A stretch of DNA of 64,000 nt, taken from contig CP075492.1 in the NCBI GenBank assembly GCA_021613535.1, positions 1,178,001 to 1,242,000 of the forward strand. Reading direction: 5' to 3'. The stretch comes from Adineta vaga. Its lineage: Eukaryota; Animalia; Rotifera. Shown piece by piece: positions 24,901 through 36,511 of the stretch; positions within the stretch are counted from its first letter, which is position 1; every line of letters begins with the position of its first letter. A program made the position numbers and the translations under genes. The notes under the pieces were generated by a model. The model did not search any database and had not been told where the DNA came from. It was given only the letters and a program-made list of their open reading frames with translations.

Positions 24901-27660
24901 ATGAATGATGATACAACATCTTCAATTGATTGTCAATATTTGAGACGATATATAGCTCAAGATTATTTACTTATTTGGCTTAATAATGATATTGATGAAG
25001 CAAATGAAGAATATCAAAATATATTAAAACATTTACGAACTATAGTCGATACGATCGATATATTTACCAATCTAAATGAATGTGTTGATTTTTTAACTGA
25101 ATTTAACGATATAAAAACATTTTTGATAGTAAATGATACAATAGGTGAACAAATTATTCCTCTTATTCATGATCTACCTCAACTTTATCAAATCTATATA
25201 TTTTCTCATAAAATCTGTTTGTCTGATGAATGGACAAAAAAATGGTCAAAGATAAAAAGTACTTTTTCTGAAATTACACGTCTATGTACTAAATTGGAAC
25301 AAATGATCAGACAAATCAATCAAGATTCTATTGTTATCAGTGTTATTTCACACAATGAAATAAATGAAAATAAAAATCTAAATGAATTAGAACCATCATT
25401 TATGTATTCACAGATTTTCAAAGATATTCTCTTGAAAATGAATTATGATAATAATTCAATTGATGAATTTATTAAATTTTGTCGAAATAATAATTCTGGA
25501 TCAACAATAAATATTGATAAATTTGAAAAAGAATATTATGCTCGATCATCTATTTGGTGGTATACATGGCCAGCTTTTATCTATTCAATGGTCAATTACG
25601 GTCTTCGTACTTTAGAAAGTGATATTATTATTAAAATGGGTTTCTTTATCTATGATTTACATAAACAAATTCAACAATTATATAATGAACAACGTGATAA
25701 TTATAATGGAAAATCATTTAAAGTTTATCGAGGACAAGGATTATCTAAGGAACATTTTGAAAAAATTATTAAAGCAAAAAATGGTTTAATATCTTTTAAT
25801 AATTTCTTATCAACTAGTACAGATAAAGAAGTTTCTTTATTATATGCATTAAGTGCTTTGACAGCTCCTGATAAAATTGGAATACTTTTTATTATATCTA
25901 TTGATCCTTTGATTTTATCAACACCATTTGCATCTATTCAAAAACATAGTTTTCTTGAATCTGAAAAAGAAATTCTCTTTTCTATGCATACGATATTTCG
26001 TATTGGAGATTTGAAACAAATTGATAATTATGATCAACTTTATGAAATAGAACTTCAATTAACTTCTGATAATGATAAAGAACTTTGTATATTAACTGAT
26101 TGGTTATCAAAAGATGTTCAAGATGAATTTGGATGGAAACGATTAGGTAATTTATTAATAAAAATTGGTCAATTTGATAAAGCTGAAGAATTTTATAATA
26201 CATTACTTAAACAGACAACTAATGTTGATGATATGATACATTATTATGGTCAACTTGCATTTATCAAATTTAATCAAGGGAATGAAAAAATGTCCATGTG
26301 GTATCATTTGAAAATTACAGAACTTAACAAGAAAATAAATTCTTCTGATTCTAACAATGATCAAATTAATGTAGTAAACAAATATTTTAGTGAAGATAAT
26401 AAAACAATTATATCTTATAAGAATGATTTAATATTTGATTTAGAAGAGATTAGTAAATGTGATATTCAACATATAGAATATTCTCAAGATAAAGAAATAT
26501 CTTCAGATACATTATTATTCTATGAGAAATCACTTGAAGATTTCGAAAATAAATTATGTTTAAATAATTCTTATTCAATAATTTCATGTAAAAATCATAT
26601 CGATTCAATTGAGGACGATTTAAAAGAATCATATCCATTACTTTGGTATCAAAGAAAAATACTTGAAATTCGACAAAAATATCTTCAACCAAATCATCCT
26701 GATATAGCTCAATCGTATAGTAATGTTGCTTCATTATATGAGAATAGAAAAGATCATTATCAAGCACGTTCATTTTATCAAAAATCAATTGATATTTATG
26801 AAAAAATTCTTCCCTCAAATCATCCGACTTTATCTTGTTATTATAATAATATTGGTATGACATATGAATTCACAGATGAATATTCACAAGCACTTTGCTT
26901 TTTTAAAAAATCACTTGAAATTGCCGAAAAGACTCTTCCTCCATATCATCTCAATTTAAGTATTATTTACTTTAACATTGCTGGATTATATGAAAAATTA
27001 GATGATTATTCTAATACAATTTTCTATTATAAAAATTATAAAACAATAATAGAAAAAAATCTTCGTACCAACGATAATGATTATACGTTTTCTTGTACAA
27101 AAGTTGGATCAATATATCGCATGATGAAACAATATTCCGAAGCACTTCTATATTATAAAAAAGCACTTACTAGTCAAGAACAAATACTTTCGTTAGATAA
27201 TCCTCAATTAATTGATTATTATACAGAGATTGCTTCATTGTATGGTGAACTCGAAGAAGATACAAATGCACTTTTATTTTATCACAAAGCTCTGAACATT
27301 GTTGAAAAATATCTTTCTTCAGAGTATGAGAAATTATTTACTTATTATGATACAATCGCTAGATTATATGAAAAAAATGAAAATTATTCTCAAGCAGTTT
27401 TATTCTATGAAAAATCACTTGAAATTTGTGGAAAAATGTATACTTCAAATAATATGAATTCGGCGGTTTGTTATAATAATATTGGTATTGTATATATCAA
27501 AATGAATCAGTATTCAAAAGCATTGTTCAATTTCGAACTTGCTTTGCATATGAAGCAAATATGTAGCCCTGGAAATGATTCACATTGGAAAGATATTCAA
27601 GATGTTATCGATTATCTGAGAGAGCTTGAAAATAACGATGTGATTGAGCCTGTCGAGTAG
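24901..27660 (+). CDS. Receiver-like domain + ADP-ribosyltransferase (R-S-E clade) + TPR-repeat protein, intronless, 919 aa
   Basis: VYRGQG, NNFLSTS and ESEKEILF catalytic motifs; N-terminal alpha/beta segment (LLIWLN..FLIV..IYIF); C-terminal kinesin-light-chain-like ~42-aa TPRs (HPDIAQSYSNVA, YYNNIG..Y). Confidence 0.9.
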   Translation: MNDDTTSSIDCQYLRRYIAQDYLLIWLNNDIDEANEEYQNILKHLRTIVDTIDIFTNLNECVDFLTEFNDIKTFLIVNDTIGEQIIPLIHDLPQLYQIYIFSHKICLSDEWTKKWSKIKSTFSEITRLCTKLEQMIRQINQDSIVISVISHNEINENKNLNELEPSFMYSQIFKDILLKMNYDNNSIDEFIKFCRNNNSGSTINIDKFEKEYYARSSIWWYTWPAFIYSMVNYGLRTLESDIIIKMGFFIYDLHKQIQQLYNEQRDNYNGKSFKVYRGQGLSKEHFEKIIKAKNGLISFNNFLSTSTDKEVSLLYALSALTAPDKIGILFIISIDPLILSTPFASIQKHSFLESEKEILFSMHTIFRIGDLKQIDNYDQLYEIELQLTSDNDKELCILTDWLSKDVQDEFGWKRLGNLLIKIGQFDKAEEFYNTLLKQTTNVDDMIHYYGQLAFIKFNQGNEKMSMWYHLKITELNKKINSSDSNNDQINVVNKYFSEDNKTIISYKNDLIFDLEEISKCDIQHIEYSQDKEISSDTLLFYEKSLEDFENKLCLNNSYSIISCKNHIDSIEDDLKESYPLLWYQRKILEIRQKYLQPNHPDIAQSYSNVASLYENRKDHYQARSFYQKSIDIYEKILPSNHPTLSCYYNNIGMTYEFTDEYSQALCFFKKSLEIAEKTLPPYHLNLSIIYFNIAGLYEKLDDYSNTIFYYKNYKTIIEKNLRTNDNDYTFSCTKVGSIYRMMKQYSEALLYYKKALTSQEQILSLDNPQLIDYYTEIASLYGELEEDTNALLFYHKALNIVEKYLSSEYEKLFTYYDTIARLYEKNENYSQAVLFYEKSLEICGKMYTSNNMNSAVCYNNIGIVYIKMNQYSKALFNFELALHMKQICSPGNDSHWKDIQDVIDYLRELENNDVIEPVE

Positions 27661-27844
27661 ATCGGGATCGGACGGGGTCTAAAGAAAACTTATACGATGA
27701 AGATTCTTTTTCTGTTTTCTTTTCATTTTCAATCATTTATTCAAAAAAGAATTTCTCCCGATGAATCGTTTTTTTTAAGTTTAAAGAAATTTATAAAACT
27801 AAGTTTGAATATTTTAATACTTCATTATCATCTGTCAATCCTGT

Positions 27845-27900
27845 AAATTGAGAGTGTGGGTATCGATTCTTATTTCATCCTATACCCACACCCTCAATTT
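27845..27900. repeat. Inverted repeat of telomere-like motif (best-preserved member of a dispersed family)
   Basis: AAATTGAGAGTGTGGGTAT (27845-27863) and ATACCCACACCCTCAATTT (27882-27900) are 18/19 complementary with an 18-nt loop. Confidence 0.85.
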
Positions 27901-27927
27901 CTTTTCAATTTTATTTATTTATCTAGT

Positions 27928-30900
27928 GTATTTTGTTTTTTGTACAATATATCGCGTATATTAGTTTGATTGGTATTGCATTTCAAACACTTTCAGAAGC
28001 TCAAGATTCAGCATCATCCGTTTTTCGACTTATTGATGAGGTATTGTGTTTAGTGAATTCTAAATGTCTTTTAGAAAAGAATTTATTAATATAGAGAGAA
28101 AATTGTGATGTAAATGAAAAACATATAATGAATAAAGAAATATCAAATGAAGAAAAAATAAGATTAAATATGATTAGTGATATTGAATTTAATAATATTA
28201 ATTTTATTTATCCATCTCGAAAAGAGATAACAGTTTTGAATAATCTCAATCTAATTGCTCGTGTTAATCAAACAACTGCTCTTGTTGGATCAAGTGAATG
28301 TAGTGATTTAGTTTTTCTTATTTATTCTTATATTTTTATATAATATATTTCTAGGAAAAAGTACATGTATATCACTTCTTCTTCATTTTTATGATTCATT
28401 ATCAGGTGAAATAATGATCAATGGTCAATCAATAACAGATTTTAATTCAAAACAATTTCGTCAAAATATTGGAGTTGTTAGTCAAGAACCTGTAAGATAT
28501 TTGATCTTTACTTTATTTATGATTAATAATATAATAAAATAGGTTTTATTTGGTACAACAATTTATGAAAATATTCGTTTTGGTAAATTAAATGCCACAC
28601 AGAAAGAAATTGAAGATGCAGCACAACAAGCAAATGCACATAATTTCATTATGAACTTACCGGATGTGAGTATTGAATATCTTTTATTTTATCTTGATAT
28701 ACATATAAATGAATAATTATTTAGAAATATGAAACACTTGTTGGAGAACGTGGTGTACAATTAAGTGGTGGTGAAAAACAACGTATTGCATTAGCACGTG
28801 CTCTTGTTAAACAACCTTCAATACTTTTATTAGATGAAGCAACAAGTGCACTCGATAATGTTAGTGAAAGAATTGTTCAAGATGCTCTTGAACGAGCAAG
28901 CTCGGTAAGATCAATTTTTATTTATTATTGATTTGTTTTTATTGTTTTTCTTTAGTTATCTGTTGATGTTATTCATAATATTCGTACAGTCAAACAATTA
29001 TCAATTGAAAATGAAGTTTTTCAAGAATATTATCAATGTAACAAGCAATTATTTAAGTTAGTTTTATGATTTCTGACTAAGATAACGGATGAACTAAACA
29101 GAATGACGGTCTCGAAGTATTTTCATAGTTTTCTTTTTCTTCAAAAGATTCAACGTTTAATTCTCTACAAATTAGTTTAATAGACGTAACAGTAGAAAAA
29201 TAACTTAAACAATACTCCGAACATACAATCTGAACAACTTATTTCAAGACAACATACAGTTCTCTTGTGTTCATTTCCTTAAGATTGAATAATAAAAATG
29301 TTCAAATACAATTAAAATATTTTTATCTAATCAGAATTTAGTCTTATACTATCACCTTTGATTATTCGACAATATTCACATTTTCAATGAACTCTCAATT
29401 TCTTTCTCTTTATTAGTGGTATAATTAAAATCTTTATATATTAATCGTAGTCTCTGTATTTCTATTCTGTCAATAGAACGTGTAGACATTTTTGAGTGAA
29501 TATGACAAGATGATTTGGCCTGCGTTTTAAAGATTTCTGAGTAGACCAATTATCAAATCCAATTAATTAGCTAATGCGATTCTACTATCCTTCTTTTGAC
29601 TACGTCGAATTATCATACACGCATGAAAAATAAGAGAATATTACAAAAATAGTGAGACCATCGTTCTTTATGATATATCCGTTATATTCTATTTATCGAA
29701 CACTATATTATTTTTCGTAGTTTGTTTTGTAAACTTCATTTGATTATTTCGCTGATATATGGTGTATTCTGGACAATAAATTCATTATTTCTTGCATGTC
29801 TATATTGGCGTACTCTTGTTCTTTGTGAAAGACATGAAATTGATATAAATAGTAGTATAACGTAAGTGAGACGATTATATTATTATAAAAATTTGAATAC
29901 AATTCTATTCTTTCAATTTTGTTTATCAGGATTTTAGCATTTGCAAAATTTGCAATAGGTGCAATACAGACCTTGGGCACAGTGTAGGAATGTTAGTATC
30001 TGATTTTCTCTATATTTCATTAATTTTACTTTAGTTGTGAACATGTTGGAAAATCTATGGCAAATGCTGAAATATTTTTTGAATTATTTGATCGAATACC
30101 AGTTATTGATAATACTTCTACTAAAGGTCAAGAATTGGTAGGGAAAATGTTAAGATTTATTATTGCCATTGAATTATCTATACCCATATATACATGTAGG
30201 CTAGATTTGCTGGTAATATTCAATTTGATAAAGTAAATTTTGCTTATCCAACTCGACCAAATGTTCCTGTTGTCAATCAACTTCAATTAACTATCAAATC
30301 AGGTAAATCAAATACATTTCAGTCTATATCTCAATATATCTCTCAATTCTTTTTATAGGTCAACGTGTTGCTCTTGTTGGTATGTTATAATATGCATAAT
30401 TTTATTCTCATATAGCATTTACATAATATGCAATCGTTATATACGTAGGTTTATTTGGATGTGGAAAATCAACAATTATTCAATTGTTAGAAAGATTTTA
30501 TGATGTTTTAAATAGTCGAATAGTAAGTTGATTTTTCTCTACGTGTACTTTTGAAATAAATAAAAATAAAATTAGTTATTCGATGATGTGGACATTCGAC
30601 AATTAAATTTTCAATGGATTCGTTCTCGTCTTGGTCTTGTCGGCCAAGAACCAATTTTATTTGATCTAACAATTGCAGAAAATATCACATATGGCTTAGA
30701 AAATATTCCAATGTCAGAAATTATTGATGCATCGATTAGAGCTAATATTCATGAATTCATACAACAATTACCAGAGGTTAAATTTTTGATGAAATCATTT
30801 TGTATGTTCAGTTTCGTTGTACGATTATGTTTAGGGTTATAAGACGAAAGTAGGAATCAAAGGTGAATTCTTGTCAGGTGGTGAGAAACAACGTATTACT

Positions 30901-31243
30901 ATTGCTCGAATTCTTCTTCGTCGACCAAGGATCTTATTATTAGATGAAGCAACAAGTGCTATGGATTCATATAATGAACAAGTTTGTCTTTCTTTTCTTC
31001 TCTTTTCTATCGATATCTATAGTCATTATTTGAATTTAGATTGTTCAACAAGCACTTGAGCAAGCTCAAACAGAAGATCCAACTCGTACATCAATCATTA
31101 TTGCGCATCGTTTGTCTACAATTCGTTCATGTGATTTAATTTGTGTCATTGACAAGGGATGTATTGTAGAAAGTGGTACACACATTGAACTAATTCGACA
31201 ACATGGAATTTATTATAATCTTTTAGCTCAAAATAATGCATAA
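27928..31243 (+). pseudogene. Truncated ABCB/P-glycoprotein-type transporter (multi-exon)
   Basis: Two NBDs ([26 protein letters not shown]; [32 protein letters not shown]) and Q-loops VSQEP/VGQEP. TMD1 is absent; NBD1 jumps directly to a mid-TMD2 exon (NIRTVKQL); Walker A of NBD1 is damaged (GSSEC). Confidence 0.8.
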
Positions 31244-33022
31244 GCTTTATCTAACCGAATATAATGTAGCAAATATTGAAAAAAAACTTGATTATGATTA
31301 GAACATAATTTCGTTTGTTTTCACAGTATTTTAAAATATACTCATTTTATAATACAAATTTTCTCAATATAAACCGTTAGTTGCCTAATTCGAATTATAA
31401 TATAAATGGACATACAACAGTCATATATAACTTATAAAATAAATAGATATTAACACTAGGAATAGATTTAGATTTAGATATAGTTGTACATAGGTACTCA
31501 TGTTAGCATGAATTGCCTAATTATAGTTATAATATAAATGGGCACTTAATAGCATCATTTCATTTCGAATAGAAATATATATATAGTTCACCCGCACCCT
31601 CAAGAAAATTCCAGTTTCTGTGGATAAGAAAATCATTGCTGTTTTTATTCAAATGTGTTGGGAACAAATAGTAGAAATATGATTCTGTTAACGACATGCA
31701 AATAAAGAAAGAAAGATACGAGTGTACAAATAATTGATATGAATAGATTTAAAATTAATGAAAAAAGTTCTATTGAAAATGAATAACACAATGTTCAATA
31801 GATTTAGTATCATTTTCGATTATAGAGAGAATTATGAATGACTTTACTTTGAAATCGATCATTTACATAATCGTATAACAGAATTAAGAATTATTATTAG
31901 CATAAAAAATTCGAAGATTTTTCAAAATCAATGATCGTTATTGTTTTTTGATTCTTTTTTTCAGATCGATCATATGGAAAATATAGAAGTCATTATGTGT
32001 CATTCTGATAAGAAAAAAATCAAAATACACATATATTCAGATCCACTGATCTGTATTACATATTGTAATCTAAAGAAATCATCAGAACGCGATTTGTGTA
32101 AAATATATATGCGAATACATTAGATTTAAATTCGAGTGTTGTGTATACTTCAAAAAGTGAAAATATATATTCGCTTTGTTTTTTTATGATAAATCACAAA
32201 TATGAATAGCTATCGAGTTTGGATATTTACCTTTCGATAGTGCTTTTGACTACTTACAAAACCAGCCAATTGGGAAACCTCGAAACTACTAGCATATGAG
32301 ACATGTCTACGCACTTTTTGAGCATGTTGAGACCTTTTTTCAGGCAATGTTTCATTAGAAAACTACGATTTGGTTTACAACTAATGGCAGCCTCGGAATC
32401 AACGTTAAAAATTCAGTCGATTTACATGTTTTGAATAATTTTGAGAAAAAGTTTTTTTGAAAAAATCTCTCTACTGATCCTCAGGAGTACTTTGCTCACT
32501 AATGACAATTTTTTGATAACTTATTCATTTCTTGACGGATCTTTCTCATCTTCGAATTCAACCGAGATATTGATGAGACAACCCTGTCCAAAAATTTCAG
32601 CTTAGTCAAATGTAATAGTTAAAAGTTATCGTGTAAACGGACGGGCACACTGAGCGATTCTAAAGTGTACTCACTTTACCAGTTGGCGATGTTGTCAACG
32701 AAGAGTTCTAAGAAAACCGTTTTCGATTATGAATAACAGATCATATTTGATTTGTAGATAAATCATACTCATCAACAAAATATGAAATCGATATCGAATA
32801 ATAATCCATAAAGAAGAAGTAGATTTATTGTTAATAAAAGCAAATAATGACAAAATAAGTAATAAATAATGTGTCATAAAGATTTTGAAAAAAGAAACGT
32901 ATGATATGATTATTCAATTCAAAATAAAAAAAGCTGACAAAATAATGAATATATAAATGATTTAGAACATTCAATCTTATGCGTCAAGTTATAGAATGAA
33001 AGTGTTTTATAATAAAACTCCA

Positions 33023-36000
33023 TTAATAATATTCAGCACTGTTCAAGCTACCACCAGTGTTAGATCCACCTGCAACTAACACTATTCCATTTGCTAAAAC
33101 GGATGCTGTGTGAGATCCTCGTATCACACTCATATTTCCTATTGTTGTCCAAGTACCTGTTAACGGATTATATAATTCAGCATTCTTCAAGTAACCATCA
33201 TTACCATATCCACCTGCAACTAACACTGTTCCATCTGATAAAACAGATGCTGTGTGTTCTGCTCGTAAAACACTCATATTTCCTGTTGTTGTCCAAGTAC
33301 CTGTTAACGGATTATATAATTCAGCACTGTTCAAGTTAGCAACACCATCAGATCCACCTGCAACTAACACTGTTCCATTTGCTAAAACAGATGCTGTGTG
33401 ATGTGATCGTAAAACACTCATATTTCCTGTTGTCGTCCAAGTACCTGTTAACGGATTATATAATTCAGCACCGCTGAGGGAACTACCACTACTATATCCA
33501 CCTGCAACTAACACTGTTCCATTTGTTAAAACGGATGCTGTGTGATATCCTCGTATCATACTCATACTTCCTGTTGTTATCCAAGTACCTGTTAACGGAT
33601 TATATAATTCAGCATTCTTTAAGTAACCATCATTACCATATCCACCTGCAACTAACACTGTTCCATTTGTTAAAACGGATGATGTGTGATATCCTCGTGT
33701 CACATTCATAGTTCCTGTTGTTGTCCAAGTACCTGTTAACGGATTATATAATTCAGCACTGTTCAAGTAACCACCGTTATTAAATCCACCCTCAACTAAC
33801 ACTGTTCCATTTGATAAAACGGATGCTTTGTGATACATTCGTAACACATTCATATTTCCTGTTGTTGTCCAAGTACCTGTTAACGGATTATATAATTCAG
33901 CACTGTTCGAGGAAGCAACACCATCATGTCCACCTGCAACTAACACTGTTCCATTTGCTAAAACAGATGCTGTGTGACGTACTCGTAAGATACTCATATT
34001 TCCTGTTGTTGTCCATACTAAATAGAGCAAATACATAAAAAAACGTGTTTCTGAATATTTTCAAAGCATTTGTTCGAGAATACTTTTACTCCGCGATGTT
34101 ACTTATCATTCAATTCTTGTTCTATATGAGTTATGAGATTGTTGATTCAAATTTTAGGATAAAATAATAGTTCATTATCGAATCAAAAGTATCTTTGATC
34201 TCACATGAGTGATATAGTAATAATGTTTATCAATGATAAAAGTGTAAAAAGAGAAAGACGGATCTATTCTTCTTTCATAATTCAATCGCATTTTTATCAA
34301 TCTTAACAACTTTGAATGTCCTCTTGGAAAATTGATATCTCAATCAATTTTGTTAATGAATTCAGAAAATGAAATGATGAAACAGAAAAAAATCAATGAC
34401 ACTTCATTCGACAACTTTTCCGATATTCATTACTCTAAATTTCTCGTAAGTTCATCTTGATCGATTATTGATCAAATAAAAATCCAATCAATTAAATACA
34501 ATCGTAATATTGTGAAAAGATAGTTTGTTTTTCAAAATCTGCTCTAACCTTAAATTTGAAAATTCTTAATTGTTAAAATATTGATGACTAGAATGTTTAG
34601 TTTGGTCCATTCCTCATAGAAATGAACAGTATTTTATATAGGTTTTGTTTCCCGGGTGGGCAAATCGAAGTTTAGGCTGGCCTATGTCCTCCTTAACTCA
34701 TAGTAGGTGGACTAATGATCTAGTTTTACAGGCTTGGCTGTAAGTTTCGGAGAGGATGAATCAAAATCTTGGGTGGGCGACGCCCATCCTGCTCACCCTA
34801 TAGATAAATCACTATGAAAATGAATACACACATGACTTCGAAATTAAGATTTACTGAAAAAGATTAAAATAAACTAAAAAAGGAATCGATGCAACTGATT
34901 GATCACTTTCTCAACGGAAGGTACAGAGTCAAAAGCTTTTGACCATGTTAATTTCGAATGCGAATATAAAAGTTGCTCATAGATTATTCTAACACGCTCA
35001 TCTGTAAAACTACTTTTTTTAGCCATATTAGTGTATTGTGAAATTTTTTTCCTTGCAAAAATGTTATGGGATGTATCCCTCATATAAATTCAATTAGATA
35101 CATATCTCAGAAAAAATCGATATGAAGTAGAAACAAGTCTGACTTTATAGCCAATTCAATATGCTCTAGAATAAATTTGCTAAAATTTTAGTGAGGTGAA
35201 AAATTAGTCTTACAGATAATCACATGCTAAAGACCTAGCAGTGTTTCTTATATTCATATGCGAAATCATTATAGTCGATAACCTCCGACTGTGTGAGTTC
35301 CATTGAAAAAGAGATTAATCGGTTGTATTATGATTTTCTCGCTATAGTTTTTACCATTTTTTCAATGAGAATAACTGTTGCTAAATAAAATAAAAACTTG
35401 GTCTTAGCAATCGGTTTCAAGAACCTACTAAAAGAACTGATAATTATCTCATTATATTACTAACCGCGTGGTGCTTCTGTTGATGTTGTTGTTGATGCTG
35501 ATGTTGTTGACGATGAAGTTGATGATGATGTTGTTGTTGACGACGATGAAGTTGATGATGATGATGATGATGTTGATGTTGATGACGATGAAGTTGATGA
35601 TGATGATGATGATGATGTTGATGATGATGTTGTTGTTGATGATGACGATGAAGTTGATGTTGTGGATGATGATGTTGAAATCGCGGTTAGATCTATTTTG
35701 AAAATAATTAGTTTTATATAAATCAAAAAATTAGAAAGTGTTTTATTTATAGTTAACTTATTCTTTTTGTGTCTCTAGTAATAGTTTTTTTACTGCTGCA
35801 AAAAACCACTTCCGTAGAATTACACCCGAAGAGCTGGCATATTTTAATATTCAGAAGAGAGTTTAGTTATCTAGTCCTCCTATCCAATAAGACAAGAATT
35901 GCCAAACACGCGTGTAAACGCCCAAAAATGCGTGAGAAAATGGAAAACAGTGGACGTGTTTCGCCTTTAATCGCGGTTCCCAATTGTGAGTGAACACGTA

Positions 36001-36511
36001 AAATAAAGACAGAAAGTGACCGCATTTTTTATAGACGAGAGATGTAACCATGATGATAGGCACAATTCTCACCGATTAAAGATTCGGTCACTTTTCGTCT
36101 ATATTTTATGTGTTTACATGCGTGTCTGGCAATTGTTGTCGACTAGTCGGGTAGTATGATTTCTATTTCATACGAACCTAGTGGATATCGTGTTCCCAAA
36201 ATCGTAATCATTGTCACAACATTCATTTCATATGACATGTTCGCATTTTGATTGATTGAATTATTAAATAATTGACATTGTGAATTTGATTTATAAAACG
36301 TAGCAACTATACATTCATTTCGATTTAAACAATTTATTTGACATTCACGAATATTTGATGTTGTCAGATTATTAAATGGTAAACAAGTTGACTGAGCACA
36401 TTGAAATATGTTATCATTGATTATTGTCATTTGAACAGATCGAATATCATCTGCCATTGTTTGTATAATAAACATTAGTAAAAATAGTAGACAAATATTT
36501 CTTGAAGTCAT
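33023..36511 (-). CDS. Secreted protein: signal peptide + PAN/Apple-like domain + Ser/Thr stalk + 7 Kelch repeats; exons 36511-36178, 35692-35465, 34017-33023
   Basis: Hydrophobic N-terminus; CQINC..EC..ATF..CQLF pattern; poly-S/T exon; seven 48-aa repeats (R..HTASVL.NGTVLVAGG....AELYNPLTGTW). Both introns GT-AG phase 1, in frame. Confidence 0.88.
33030..34015 (-). repeat. Seven ~144-bp near-identical coding tandem repeats (Kelch blades)
   Basis: TCCAAGTACCTGTTAACGGATTATATAATTCAGCA recurs unchanged every 144 bp. Confidence 0.95.
34627..34814. mobile_element. Degenerate hAT-like MITE in intron 2 of the Kelch gene
   Basis: Ends CAGTATTTTATATAGG / CCTATAGATAAATCACTA; internal GGGTGGGC..GCCCA motifs as in the 10392 MITE; flanks GAAATGAA / GAAAATGAA resemble a decayed TSD. 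Confidence 0.45.
35877..36157. mobile_element. Palindromic MITE in intron 1 of the Kelch gene
   Basis: GACAAGAATTGCCAAACACGCGTGTAAAC pairs with GTTTACATGCGTGTCTGGCAATTGTTGTC (26/29); inner pair AAAGTGACCG / CGGTCACTTT. Confidence 0.65.

Noticed and set aside
32200-32700. Possible Helentron-like remnant (AAAGTTATCGTG..ACGGACGG)
   Set aside because: Termini not identifiable; too weak to call.
33030-34015. Regularly spaced identical repeats resembling a CRISPR array
   Set aside because: The period is 144 bp (48 codons), the 'spacers' are homologous, and the whole is an open Kelch frame; eukaryotic context and no cas genes.
35468-35701. Plus-strand Met/Leu-rich ORF and (GAT/GTT)n microsatellite
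   Set aside because: Antisense shadow of the Ser/Thr stalk exon of the Kelch gene.
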